Assembly: GCA_020348985.1 (NCBI GenBank)
Contig: CP070761.1
Span: 3,068,971 to 3,132,970 of the forward strand
Reading direction: 5' to 3'
Source: Candidatus Thorarchaeota archaeon
Lineage (GTDB): Archaea; Asgardarchaeota; Thorarchaeia; Thorarchaeales; Thorarchaeaceae
DNA: 64,000 nt
The notes beneath the pieces are model-generated. The model did no database searches, was not told the DNA's origin, and worked only from the letters and a program-made list of their open reading frames with translations. Position numbers and translations under genes: made by a program. Shown piece after piece: positions 54,911 to 64,000 of the stretch (positions within the stretch are counted from its first letter, which is position 1; each line of letters begins with the position of its first letter).

Positions 54911-55756
54911 ATGATCGACTATCATGTTCATCCCAACTATTCCCTGGACGCAGAGGGCAGCCTTGAGGAGTACTGTGAAGTTGCGACAAGGAAGGGCTTA
55001 CGGGAGATAGCATTCACTACACACTTGGACAGTGATCCTGCTACTGACGACTGCTTTGTAATCGTCGAGGGAAGAAGAATCGATGTACAATCAGGTTACT
55101 GGCTTGAGCACTACGAGGCCTCCGTAGCTGAGGTAGCTGATGAATATCGGGAACGAGGAATTGAGGTTCGTCTTGGGGTGGAGGTAGACATATACCCAGG
55201 TGTTGCCGAGAACCTTCCAGAAGCTTTCCACAGGACTGAGTTTGACATCATCATTGGCTCTGTTCACCTTATCGATCACAGAGCAATCTCTGCCGAAGAG
55301 GGAGCGAACGCCGTGTTCTCGAAGTACGCAGTTGAGGAGCTGGGCCACAATTACTTCTCAATAATGACAGATGTGATTGAGAGTTCGTTCATCAATGTAC
55401 TTGGACACATCGACCTTTACAGACGCTATGGAGAGACCCACTATGGAGAAGCTATACACTCTCTCTGGAAGCCACATATGAAACTCTTGACGGAGAAGAT
55501 GAAGAGATTCAACGTTGCCTTTGAGATCAACACTTCTCCGTGGAGGAAGGGTCAGTCGGAGACCATGCCATCACGCCCAATCTTGGAAGCGCTAATTGAG
55601 AGAGGCATTACTCAATTGACTCTGGGTTCTGACGCACATAGACCTGAAGATGTGGGAGCGGGGGTAGATCGCTGTCTGAAGCTAGTTCAGGAAATGGGGT
55701 TCCCCTCACCCGTTGGTTTCAAGAAAGGTGTGCCGTACACAATCTCGGTCTTGTAG
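54911..55756 (+). CDS. PHP-domain histidinol-phosphatase family (HisJ-like) protein
   Basis: MIDYHVHP, TTHLD, GSVH, LGHID and GSDAH metal-ligand motifs. A GTG at 54893 (GTGA overlap with the MFS stop) is an alternative start. Confidence 0.8.
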   Translation: MIDYHVHPNYSLDAEGSLEEYCEVATRKGLREIAFTTHLDSDPATDDCFVIVEGRRIDVQSGYWLEHYEASVAEVADEYRERGIEVRLGVEVDIYPGVAENLPEAFHRTEFDIIIGSVHLIDHRAISAEEGANAVFSKYAVEELGHNYFSIMTDVIESSFINVLGHIDLYRRYGETHYGEAIHSLWKPHMKLLTEKMKRFNVAFEINTSPWRKGQSETMPSRPILEALIERGITQLTLGSDAHRPEDVGAGVDRCLKLVQEMGFPSPVGFKKGVPYTISVL

Positions 55757-55803
55757 GTGCGCTCAAGCGACACAGAATTAAGAAAGTAGCACAAGGCACA
55801 AAC

Positions 55804-56235
55804 GTGGTGAGCTCTGTGGAGAACAAGACACCATTTCTGCTCTGCCTAATAGGAGGTATCCTTCTTTTCCAGGCGGGATGGACAGGAAGCCTTGGGATCT
55901 TAAGCTATCTCGCCCTAATTCAAACAATTCCTGAGCTAGCGGATTTCGTCTGGATCATCAATGCTCTTTTGTACATCCTTGCGATTATGGCAGCAATCGG
56001 TGGAGTAGGGGTCATCGCGGGTGGGTATGTCTTGACTCGTGGAAGGGTTACAACTGGCAAGCTCGTGATTGGAGTGGCTCTTGGCATTTCTATCGTGGGC
56101 CTAGTGATACAGCTAGCGCAGTGGCTCTGGCTCTATGGGGCTACATCGGTCGTCGACTTCTTCGGGCTCACGGCTGAAGCGACTGGATGTATTGGAATCG
56201 TCTTAACCTTAGTTGGCCGTTCTCGTGCATCCTAA
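55804..56235 (+). CDS. small integral membrane protein (4 TM)
   Basis: Hydrophobic ORF with a GTG start. Confidence 0.5.
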   Translation: MVSSVENKTPFLLCLIGGILLFQAGWTGSLGILSYLALIQTIPELADFVWIINALLYILAIMAAIGGVGVIAGGYVLTRGRVTTGKLVIGVALGISIVGLVIQLAQWLWLYGATSVVDFFGLTAEATGCIGIVLTLVGRSRAS

Positions 56236-56256
56236 TATTATAGAGAGAAGATCAGG

Positions 56257-56910
56257 ATGACAGAAGACAATCAAGAAGTGATCAAGAGAGCGGTAACGCT
56301 CATTCAGGATGGTATGTGTAAAGAAGCCATCAGTGTGCTAGAAGCCCATCTTGAACACTACCCGGAGTCTCTGGAAGGGTGGTACAACCTAGGGATTGCA
56401 CTCGGTGATTGTGAACGAGAAGAAGAGGCGGTCAAAGCGTATGATGAAGCTCTCGCCATAGACAATGAGATCTTCGAGATTTGGTTTAATAAAGGAACTG
56501 TGTTGTACGAGCTTGCTGACTTCAAGAGTGCGAAAGATTGCTATGCGAAGGCACTGGAGATTAGTCCAGATGACGCTGAGGTTTGGAACAATCTTGGCAA
56601 TTGTCACTCACGACTTGGGGATGGAAGGGCTGCAATCGAAGCCTACACGAGGGCTGTTGCCTTGAAGCCAGATTATGCCGAAGCATTCTACAACAAGGCA
56701 AATGCCCACTTTATTGAAGGTGAAGATGAGAAAGCTGTTGCCTTTGCAGAAGTGGCTCTTCAACTTGACCCAGCTCTCAAGAAGCTTGTAGACCAATGGA
56801 TACATGTTGCCTTATCACGACTGGAATCCGCCAGACTTGAGGCAGAGTATAGACGAAGGCCCAAAGAGGAACAGCGCATCATTCCACCTGAAGAAGAGTC
56901 AAAGGAATGA
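56257..56910 (+). CDS. TPR repeat protein
   Basis: Four to five 34-aa units with W-x2-L-G-x2-Y...A-x3-Y-x2-A-L-x2-P patterns (WYNLGIALGD, WNNLGNCHSR, AFYNKANAHF). Confidence 0.8.
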   Translation: MTEDNQEVIKRAVTLIQDGMCKEAISVLEAHLEHYPESLEGWYNLGIALGDCEREEEAVKAYDEALAIDNEIFEIWFNKGTVLYELADFKSAKDCYAKALEISPDDAEVWNNLGNCHSRLGDGRAAIEAYTRAVALKPDYAEAFYNKANAHFIEGEDEKAVAFAEVALQLDPALKKLVDQWIHVALSRLESARLEAEYRRRPKEEQRIIPPEEESKE

Positions 56911-56963
56911 GCGATTCATCAAACCTAAAAGGATGATTCCCAGAGCCCCCCAAGTGATTGAGT

Positions 56964-57506
56964 ATGAGCCTAGAGAGTAGTGCCAGACGTAGTCCAGTGA
57001 AGAGTGCGCTCACTGTAGCATTCTTGATTCTCCTTGGCGGAATAAGTTACGCGTTTCTTCAAGTCCAAGGATTCTTGCCGATTATTCCAGATCCTACTGT
57101 TATTCTTGGGTTCTCATTTCTGACGTTTGTAATCATAATCTGTTGCGGCACGAACATTCTCACAGGGACATACATCCAAAGAATGACAGGATACAGCGAA
57201 GAAGAGGCAGAGTACAAGGAAGGGAAACACCTCTTTGACTTGGAGGAGTGGGAAGCAGCACTTGAGGTATTCAAGAAGATTCTGCACCCCGAAATGGACC
57301 ATAGGAGAGCTCTGTTCTATGGAGCTCAGTGCTACTCAAAACTAGGCGAATGGGAAGGAATGAAAGAGTACTGCAAGCGATATCTTGAGCTGGTACCAAA
57401 AGATGCTGAGGTCTGGGAGATGCTATCTGAAGCCCATAAGCGTCTGTTCGAGTACTCTGAAGCAGAAGAGGCTATGCAGAGAGCTCTAGAGCTAGCTCCA
57501 AAGTGA
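56964..57506 (+). CDS. membrane-anchored TPR protein
   Basis: Two TM helices, then TPR-like units (ALFYGAQCYSKLGEWEGMKEYCKRYLELVPKDAEVW). Confidence 0.65.
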   Translation: MSLESSARRSPVKSALTVAFLILLGGISYAFLQVQGFLPIIPDPTVILGFSFLTFVIIICCGTNILTGTYIQRMTGYSEEEAEYKEGKHLFDLEEWEAALEVFKKILHPEMDHRRALFYGAQCYSKLGEWEGMKEYCKRYLELVPKDAEVWEMLSEAHKRLFEYSEAEEAMQRALELAPK

Positions 57507-57538
57507 TTGATTGGCCTATAGAATGGATGTCACTCGCT

Positions 57539-58441
57539 CTATACAATCTTGTTCCGAAGAGTCCCAATATTCTCTATGTAGACCTCGACCTCATCGCCAG
57601 ATGAGAGGTACTCAGGAGGGTCTCTCACAAACCCAACCCCTGAAGGTGTTCCCGTCGCTATCACATCTCCTGGCTCGAGTGTAAACGACTCCGAAAGATA
57701 TGATACAAGCTTTGGTACACCGACCAAGAGATTCGATGTGGTGGAGTCCTGTTTGATTTCACCATTGACTTTTGTGTGCATCTTGAGGCCAGAAGCGTCT
57801 CCAAGCTGATCGGTTGTGACAATGCAAGGACCCATTGGACATAACCCGTCCAGTGATTTACCTCGGACCCACTGACCATCTCGACGCTGTACATCTCTCG
57901 CGCTTAGGTCATTCACGACCGTGTACCCAGCAACATAGTCCAAGGCACTCTCCTCTGTCACGTTCCTGCATATACGCCCAATGATTACGCCCAGCTCAAC
58001 TTCCCAGTCAAGTCGGCTGGTGACTTTGGGATAAGGAATGGGCTCATCCGGACCCACAATGCTGGACGAAAACTTGGCAAAGACAACAGGGTATTCCGGA
58101 ACTTCCTGACCTGTTTCTTCTATATGGTCAGTGTAATTCAGGCCTATGGCAACGATCTTTCCAGGTCTTCGTATAGGGGCCTCAATCTTCACATCCTCAA
58201 ACGAAGATATCATGGGGCGTTCAATGTCTGGTGTCCTAGAGAATCGGTCTAGAATCTGACGCGCCACTTCAATACCTGGTTCCCAATATAAGAGTCGCAT
58301 CATTGTGTTTGGAAAGGGCTGGCCATCGATCTGATACTTCCGTCCGAAACGTGAGGCTGCTTCAGGGATGTTGAGGATTCCACCATCTGTCTCAATGCCT
58401 ATCGATGTCATGCCTAGGCTTGAGAACGTTACAAGCCGCAT
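57539..58441 (-). CDS. fumarylacetoacetate hydrolase (FAH) family protein
   Basis: GLNYTDHIEE, WEVELGVIIG and ATGTPSGVG motifs. Confidence 0.85.
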   Translation of the reverse strand: MRLVTFSSLGMTSIGIETDGGILNIPEAASRFGRKYQIDGQPFPNTMMRLLYWEPGIEVARQILDRFSRTPDIERPMISSFEDVKIEAPIRRPGKIVAIGLNYTDHIEETGQEVPEYPVVFAKFSSSIVGPDEPIPYPKVTSRLDWEVELGVIIGRICRNVTEESALDYVAGYTVVNDLSARDVQRRDGQWVRGKSLDGLCPMGPCIVTTDQLGDASGLKMHTKVNGEIKQDSTTSNLLVGVPKLVSYLSESFTLEPGDVIATGTPSGVGFVRDPPEYLSSGDEVEVYIENIGTLRNKIV

Positions 58442-58505
58442 GTCGATTGAAAGCCAAACGCTTCATTTATCCGTAGCGGTGAGATGTCGGTGATGGGTGC
58501 ATTAG

Positions 58506-58835
58506 GTGCCGGAAGAACCGACTCTCGACGACTTGCCAGATCAGGTCTACGTTGCACTGGGAAGGAGAGGCATGGAAGGGATACCGCTCAAGGAATGCAC
58601 CTATGCCTGTGACAGCGATGAGCTCGAACTTATCGAGGTGAAGAAAGACCCCCCATCGATATCAGGTAGATCCCTAGAAGTCGTGATTGAAGACTGGCTC
58701 CTCAAATGCGCAAAGTGTAAGAAGGATTTCACAATTCGTCAGAGAGTGAGGTATGTAGACGGAGAGAGAGTCGACACAATGGTTAGCATTCTTGATGATC
58801 GCGGCAATGACTTGGGCTGGATAGGAAGCTATTAG
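58506..58835 (+). CDS. hypothetical protein (109 aa)
   Basis: GTG start and a CxxC (CAKCKK). No family recognised. Confidence 0.4.
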   Translation: MPEEPTLDDLPDQVYVALGRRGMEGIPLKECTYACDSDELELIEVKKDPPSISGRSLEVVIEDWLLKCAKCKKDFTIRQRVRYVDGERVDTMVSILDDRGNDLGWIGSY

Positions 58836-58839
58836 GTGG

Positions 58840-60006
58840 TTGGATTTGCCTAAGAAGTACAAGTTGGGAATTCTGCCTGGAGATGGCATCGGCAAAGAGG
58901 TAGTTCCTGCTGCCGTGAGAGTCGTTCAAGCAGCGTGCGAAGGCGTTGGCGGCTTTGATATCGAATTGAGAGGGTTTGACTGCGGCGGTGAATATTACCT
59001 AGCAAATGGTGAAGAGTGGTCCGAAGAAGCTGAAGAGTATGTCTGGAACGAAGCGGACGCTGTGTTGCTTGGAGCGATTGGAGCGTTGGACTCCAAAGGA
59101 GAGTCCGTGAAACTACCCGATGGCAATCTCGCCGGGTATAATGTGGTGATAGGCCTAAGACTCAGGCTAGACCTTTACGCGAATGTTCGGCCTGTTAAGC
59201 TCTACGAGGGCGTTCCCACGCCGCTCGCAGACAAAGGTCCGGATGATATTGACATGGTCATAATCCGAGAAAACACTGAGGGGTTGTACACTCCTGCAAG
59301 AGGAGCATTGTCGAGGGGCGGTCTCAAGGACTTGGCTGTCGACATGAGAGTAATAACCAAGAAAGGATCAGAGAGGGTTTCGAGATTCGCCTTTCAGGTA
59401 GCAGAGGAAAGGAATGGTGCTCCCTCAGATGGTGTGAAGAGAGTCACCTGCGTGGACAAGAGCAATCTACTTGCTGGATGCCAGCTCTTTAGAGAGAGCT
59501 TCAATCGGATTGGTGAGGAATATCCAAAGATCGAGAAGGATTATGCATTCGTTGATGCATGGACACAGTGGTGTCTCAAGAAACCTGAGTTCTACGATGT
59601 TGTTGTGACACCCAACGAGTTTGGCGACATCATAACAGACCTTGGCGGAGCGGTTCAGGGAGGACTAGGTGTTGCTCCAGCAGGCAACATAGGGCAGAAG
59701 TACGGAGTGTTCGAACCAGTGCATGGCTCTGCTCCGAAGCATGCTGGAAAAGGCGCTGCTAATCCTATTGCTGCCACTTTAGCCGGTTCGATGCTTTTGG
59801 AGTGGCTTGGGAAGAAACACAATGACAACAAAGTCCTGAAGGCAGGCGGACTTGTCAAAGAAGCAGTCGCTTCGGTGCTAAGGGATGGAGAGCCGCGAAC
59901 ATACGATCTGTGTTTGGGGCAGTGGTTAGGAATTACACCATCGTCAACAGACAAAGTCGGAGACGCGATTGCAGAGAGAGCACGTTCTCTTGCTAGTGAG
60001 GGTTGA
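58840..60006 (+). CDS. leuB: 3-isopropylmalate dehydrogenase family (isocitrate/homoisocitrate/tartrate DH superfamily)
   Basis: ILPGDGIGKEV, IRENTEGLY and NEFGDIITDLGG. TTG start with AGGTGG immediately upstream. Substrate not resolvable by eye. Confidence 0.75.
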   Translation: MDLPKKYKLGILPGDGIGKEVVPAAVRVVQAACEGVGGFDIELRGFDCGGEYYLANGEEWSEEAEEYVWNEADAVLLGAIGALDSKGESVKLPDGNLAGYNVVIGLRLRLDLYANVRPVKLYEGVPTPLADKGPDDIDMVIIRENTEGLYTPARGALSRGGLKDLAVDMRVITKKGSERVSRFAFQVAEERNGAPSDGVKRVTCVDKSNLLAGCQLFRESFNRIGEEYPKIEKDYAFVDAWTQWCLKKPEFYDVVVTPNEFGDIITDLGGAVQGGLGVAPAGNIGQKYGVFEPVHGSAPKHAGKGAANPIAATLAGSMLLEWLGKKHNDNKVLKAGGLVKEAVASVLRDGEPRTYDLCLGQWLGITPSSTDKVGDAIAERARSLASEG

Positions 60007-60011
60007 CAGCC

Positions 60012-61280
60012 ATGGGTGCCACATTAGCAGAGAAGATTCTTGCCACACATACGACCGACGGAAAGGCAACAGCAGGAGAGATAGTTGAGGCAAACGTAGA
60101 CTTCGTCATGGTACATGAGGTACTTGGATCAAGGATAATGCCAATCCTTGATGAAATGGGTGTTGACAAAGTATGGGACCCCAAACGAATTCTCGTCGTT
60201 AATGACCATTGGGCCCCTGCTCCCAACATCCAGAGTGCTGAGATTCATCAAAGAAATCGAGATTTCGTTAGGAAACATGGGATTACACACTTCTGTGATG
60301 TCAACTGTGGCATTTGCCATCAGGTCATGGCAGATTGGGGTCTCGCCAGGCCGGGAGAGCTCATCGTTGGTTGTGATTCACACACGTGCAGTTATGGCGC
60401 ATTCAATGCATTCTCGACTGGTCTTGCTGCAACTGATACTGCAATCATCCTGGCCACGGGTAGCAATTGGTTTAGGGTTCCTGAGTCAAGAAGATTTGAG
60501 ATCTCAGGTGAGCTGCCTGACTTTGTGATGAGCAAGGATCTCATTCTTAGAATAGTCACAGACCTTGGAAGCGATGGTGCAACCTATGAGTCTCTCGAGT
60601 TCCACGGCCCCACAATAGACAGCATGACAGTGCCTTCAAGGATGACCATGTGCAACATGAGCGTGGAGGCGGGCGCCAAAACTGCTATCATGACCCTGAA
60701 TGAGTCTGCAACTTCTTGGTTGAATGCCAAGTCAGCCATGTCCACTTGGACCCCTATGGAACCTGACAGAGATGCAGGATATGTTGAAACCCACAGGTAT
60801 GACCTAGATAGTGATCCGCTTGGTCCGATTGTCAGTGCGCCTAACAGCCCTGCAAACGGAAAAGCCGTCGAAGAAGTCGAGGGCATTGAAATAGACCAGG
60901 CATTCATTGGATCCTGCACGAACGGACGGCTGGAAGACATTGAGATTGCTGCAAGAATTCTGAAAGGAAAGAACGTCGCTCAAGGCGTAAGGCTGATTCT
61001 GACGCCTGCGAGTATGGAAACCTATCTGTCAGCTGTTAGAGCAGGCTTCATTGAGACCCTTATCACGTCAGGTGCGGTCGTTACAAATCCTACTTGCGGC
61101 GCGTGTGTGGGAGGACATCTTGGTATACTAGGTCCAGACGAAGTGGCAATCTCCAGCACCAATCGAAACTTCCGTGGTCGAATGGGACATCCTGAGTCCC
61201 TTGTCTATCTCGCTTCACCAGCGACTGTGGCCGCAAGCGCACTGAAGGGAGTAATAACCGATCCGAGGAGTGTTGCATGA
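60012..61280 (+). CDS. leuC: 3-isopropylmalate dehydratase / homoaconitase large subunit (archaeal short type)
   Basis: GCDSHT, GSCTNGRLED and CGACVG Fe-S ligand motifs. ATG 60012 is preferred over TTG 60003. Confidence 0.85.
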   Translation: MGATLAEKILATHTTDGKATAGEIVEANVDFVMVHEVLGSRIMPILDEMGVDKVWDPKRILVVNDHWAPAPNIQSAEIHQRNRDFVRKHGITHFCDVNCGICHQVMADWGLARPGELIVGCDSHTCSYGAFNAFSTGLAATDTAIILATGSNWFRVPESRRFEISGELPDFVMSKDLILRIVTDLGSDGATYESLEFHGPTIDSMTVPSRMTMCNMSVEAGAKTAIMTLNESATSWLNAKSAMSTWTPMEPDRDAGYVETHRYDLDSDPLGPIVSAPNSPANGKAVEEVEGIEIDQAFIGSCTNGRLEDIEIAARILKGKNVAQGVRLILTPASMETYLSAVRAGFIETLITSGAVVTNPTCGACVGGHLGILGPDEVAISSTNRNFRGRMGHPESLVYLASPATVAASALKGVITDPRSVA

Positions 61281-61789
61281 TGAAGAGAAATCTTGAGAAC
61301 ATCGTCGGCAAGGTCTGGAAGTTCGGATCCAACATAGACACCGACCAGATCATTCAGGGCCGTTATCTAATGATGCTAGATTACTCGGAAATGGCCAAAC
61401 ACACTCTGAAGATTCAACGCCCCGACTTTGCGTCCAATGTTCAGAAGAACGATATTGTTGTAGCAGGCAAGAACTTCGGAGGAGGGAGCTCTCGTGAGGA
61501 GGCTCCAAAGGTTTTGGAAGTTCTTGGAGTAGGGTGTGTGATTGCTGAATCCTTTGCGCGTATATTCTTCAGAAACTCATTCAACGTCGGCCTGCCATCA
61601 TTGATAGTCCCGGACATTACTGAACAGGTCGAAGACGGCGAAACTCTGATAGTCAACCTCTCCAAAGGGACAGTCAAGAAGGATAATGGCACGATTCTCC
61701 AGGCTGCCCCGCTCCCCCCACTGATGATGGACATAGTCAGTGCCGGTGGTGCTATTCCCTGGTTCAAGCAGAGACTGGTTGGCCAATGA
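61277..61789 (+). CDS. leuD: 3-isopropylmalate dehydratase / homoaconitase small subunit
   Basis: GKNFGGGSSREEAP motif. ATGA overlap with leuC. Confidence 0.85.
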   Translation: MMKRNLENIVGKVWKFGSNIDTDQIIQGRYLMMLDYSEMAKHTLKIQRPDFASNVQKNDIVVAGKNFGGGSSREEAPKVLEVLGVGCVIAESFARIFFRNSFNVGLPSLIVPDITEQVEDGETLIVNLSKGTVKKDNGTILQAAPLPPLMMDIVSAGGAIPWFKQRLVGQ

Positions 61790-61869
61790 AGTTGCAGCAG
61801 AAGAGAAAAACGCTAAAAGCGTGGGTACTCACTCAAACCTCAGCTACCAAGAGGTGCGGAGGATAGCAA

Positions 61870-63654
61870 ATGAATGTCATGCTCTTCTTGATTATATCAT
61901 TGATTGTTCATTCAATCCCAGTTCCATTCTCTGGATTGATGTTCAGACCAAATCGCTTGATTCGGTGGCTCCCGTTTCGGCTAGTATGGGGCACAGGTGC
62001 GTGGATTGTGATATCGATCGCATTCGCTATGACCTTGCCTTGGGCGATTATCTCGCTCATAATGAGCGTGGCATTGCTCATCATGATTAGCGGCGGCTTC
62101 AGACCGGGTGAGGTGGGAGAGATGATGGAAGGCCTGCGGACACCACTAGTCTGTGTGGGATTCATGATCCTGCTCATACTGCCAATGGTCTCTGGCGTCA
62201 TATCCTGGACATCCGATGTCTCGAATGCTGAAACTGTTGACGAATTCATAACTCGGACGGAAGAACCTCTGTTCACAACGCCCATACCTGACGAGATGGT
62301 CAGGCTTGTGACATCCGAATTCGCCGAGTTTGAAGCGCGGAGACGTCTGGCTTCTATTGGCTCCAATCTGGAGATTGCAGCCTCTCACATCACTACTAGG
62401 AATGGCCGGCTGGTCTGGGTCTGTACTGTTGTGTCCACAAATGTTCTGTCTGAGAACTTTATCAAAGCGTTCATTGTCGTAGACGCGAATGATCCAACAC
62501 TAGTGGAAGTCATCCAGCCCGTGTCTATCCCGGTGGGAGAAGGCCTCTTTTGGGATAGGAACATACAGTTTTCCAACTACCTCGAAGACATGACTTCAGC
62601 ATACGAGTATGCGTATCCAACGTGGGACCCGATTGGCAACATGGTCTATGTACAGACGAGAACACAACTTGGGTGGGATTTCGTCGAACGCCCTCTTGGA
62701 CCTAAGGTCTACTGGGAAAACGGGACCGTTTATGCATATAGTACGATTGAAGAGACCCCTGAATGGATCACTCAGGCCTATAGTGAGGAGTGGCTGGAGC
62801 GTCAAGTTTCTCGTTGGGGAGGATACCAACGAGGCGACACCTTCGATCTTTTCGCCGGAGGATTTCTCTGGTTCATTCCTCCATCAAACGATCGACTCGA
62901 GATGACAGAAGATACAAGGTACATTGTCAATCCCGACACAAACAGAGTTGAAGCCTTCATTGCTGTGCATCCTCCAGCTTCATCTCAGTTGTCGTTAAGT
63001 GGGATGATTCGGGCAACAACGGACGGAATCTTATATCACGATCTGAGCGAGCAGGAGCTCTCGAGCGGATCCTCGGCAATTAACGAGGTCATCAAAGACT
63101 TTCCGGATCCTGTGGAAGGCTCATACCGAGGTGCCATGCCTCTGATCTACCCAGTACAAATCAACTCAACTTATTCACGGCTGGCGTGGTATTGCCCAAT
63201 CTACTGGTGGAATGCGCAGTATGACGAAGACGTTGAAGACTATGTTCTATCGGACATTCGCCTTCATGCTCTTGGAATGGCGGATGCTGAAGATGTGACG
63301 ATATCCTATACTGAAACCTCGGAAGGATCATTGATAGGGGCCAGTCTTGTGGAGTCAGTACGTGAGAGCTACATACAGACAGTAAAAGATGCACTTGGCT
63401 TAGGCGAAGAAGTGAGGGATGCAGTCCAGCTATCAGCCAACATCATTAATGTGACCTCATTTGTTGAGCAAGGAAACACACACATTGTTTTACGGACTGA
63501 CAATGCCACCTACGAATGGCTGGAAGGAGCCGCAGAGTGGATGGACACAATAGATTGGTATGCACTTCTAACCATACAAGTTGGTGATAGTTTCACAGCA
63601 ACAATTCAGAACGTAGACGGCGTGAATCGGATAATCGCCTTCTCAAAGAACTAG
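61870..63654 (+). CDS. membrane protein with 4 N-terminal TM helices and a large extracytoplasmic domain, hypothetical
   Basis: Hydrophobic N-terminus of about 115 aa, then a soluble domain of about 480 aa rich in W/Y/E. No family recognised. Confidence 0.6.
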   Translation: MNVMLFLIISLIVHSIPVPFSGLMFRPNRLIRWLPFRLVWGTGAWIVISIAFAMTLPWAIISLIMSVALLIMISGGFRPGEVGEMMEGLRTPLVCVGFMILLILPMVSGVISWTSDVSNAETVDEFITRTEEPLFTTPIPDEMVRLVTSEFAEFEARRRLASIGSNLEIAASHITTRNGRLVWVCTVVSTNVLSENFIKAFIVVDANDPTLVEVIQPVSIPVGEGLFWDRNIQFSNYLEDMTSAYEYAYPTWDPIGNMVYVQTRTQLGWDFVERPLGPKVYWENGTVYAYSTIEETPEWITQAYSEEWLERQVSRWGGYQRGDTFDLFAGGFLWFIPPSNDRLEMTEDTRYIVNPDTNRVEAFIAVHPPASSQLSLSGMIRATTDGILYHDLSEQELSSGSSAINEVIKDFPDPVEGSYRGAMPLIYPVQINSTYSRLAWYCPIYWWNAQYDEDVEDYVLSDIRLHALGMADAEDVTISYTETSEGSLIGASLVESVRESYIQTVKDALGLGEEVRDAVQLSANIINVTSFVEQGNTHIVLRTDNATYEWLEGAAEWMDTIDWYALLTIQVGDSFTATIQNVDGVNRIIAFSKN

Positions 63655-63695
63655 AAGCGGAAGGGTATCGACCCCTTCCAATAGCTTTCTTCGAA

Positions 63696-64000
63696 CTATC
63701 TGGGGAAGAATTCCTTGTAGACCTCTCTCTGAATGAGGAACCTCATAATCTCGGCAGTTCCACCGCCAATAGTCATGAGTCTCGCATCTCGAAGGAATCG
63801 TTCTACCGGATAGTCGGTAGTATACCCAGAGCCGCCAAGTATCTGCAGCGCATTGTTTGTTATCTCAATAGCCGCCTCTGTTGTGAAGAGCTTCGCAATC
63901 GAGGCCTGCTTCGTGGCCTTCTGACCACTGTCTAACATCCTAGCCGCAGTCAAGGTGAGGGCTCTTCCTGCTTCAAGTTTCACGGCCATGTCAGATATTT
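63696..64000 (-). CDS. acyl-CoA dehydrogenase, C-terminal part (gene continues beyond the window)
   Basis: ...ASIAKLFTTEAAIEITNNALQILGGSGYTTDYPVERFLRDARLMTIGGGTAEI... is the ACAD C-terminal helical domain. The frame is open to the window edge. Confidence 0.8.
   Translation of the reverse strand, partial: ISDMAVKLEAGRALTLTAARMLDSGQKATKQASIAKLFTTEAAIEITNNALQILGGSGYTTDYPVERFLRDARLMTIGGGTAEIMRFLIQREVYKEFFPR

Noticed and set aside
1-64000. Search for rRNA, tRNA, CRISPR arrays, transposases, integrases and phage or defence genes across the window
   Set aside because: Nearly all sequence is covered by well-supported protein genes. The few spacers longer than 200 nt show no cloverleaf-like tRNA structure, no direct-repeat/spacer periodicity and no terminal inverted repeats. 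No ORF carries DDE, tyrosine/serine recombinase, Cas, restriction or toxin-antitoxin motifs that I can recognise. A tRNAscan/Infernal run would be the decisive check.

Overview
Dense, almost fully coding 64-kb chromosomal segment with about 60 protein genes on both strands, short spacers and several 4-nt ATGA/GTGA start-stop overlaps. The gene content and signals look archaeal. There are thiolase + DUF35 pairs, short archaeal-type LeuC/LeuD, A/T-rich TATA-like boxes about 25-40 nt upstream of starts, and GGTGA/GGAGG-type ribosome-binding sites. Many surface proteins are rich in N-glycosylation sequons and carry a signal peptide plus a C-terminal TM anchor. The lineage cannot be fixed without a database search; an uncultured, possibly Asgard/Thorarchaeota-like archaeon is only a guess. 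Recognisable content falls into four groups. (1) Acyl-CoA and lipid-type metabolism: two thiolase/DUF35 pairs, two acyl-CoA dehydrogenases, SCP2, a YhhN-like protein and an ICMT-like methyltransferase. (2) Biosynthesis: a LeuA-like synthase, leuB-leuC-leuD, panB, nadE, RidA and a PHP histidinol-phosphatase-like protein. (3) Secreted hydrolases: two M28 peptidases with thrombospondin-type-3 Ca-binding repeats, an S8 subtilase and a beta-lactamase-fold protein. (4) Others: a B12-radical SAM enzyme, a GAF-PAS histidine kinase, an MFS transporter and a P-type ATPase. I found no rRNA, tRNA, CRISPR array, transposase, integrase or obvious defence genes, so this is not an obvious mobile or defence island. 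The stretches most worth follow-up: (a) a membrane-tethered protein made of about 10 tandem winged-helix-like repeats whose start lies inside the 3' end of an unusual P-type ATPase gene; (b) a translationally coupled pair of paralogous Zn-ribbon/2-TM proteins; (c) a 1028-aa kinase-M23-aminotransferase fusion next to that pair; (d) a thiolase-fold protein lacking both catalytic cysteines, paired with an extended DUF35 protein. All functional calls come from motifs read by eye, with no searches run. Several start codons are uncertain and are flagged.
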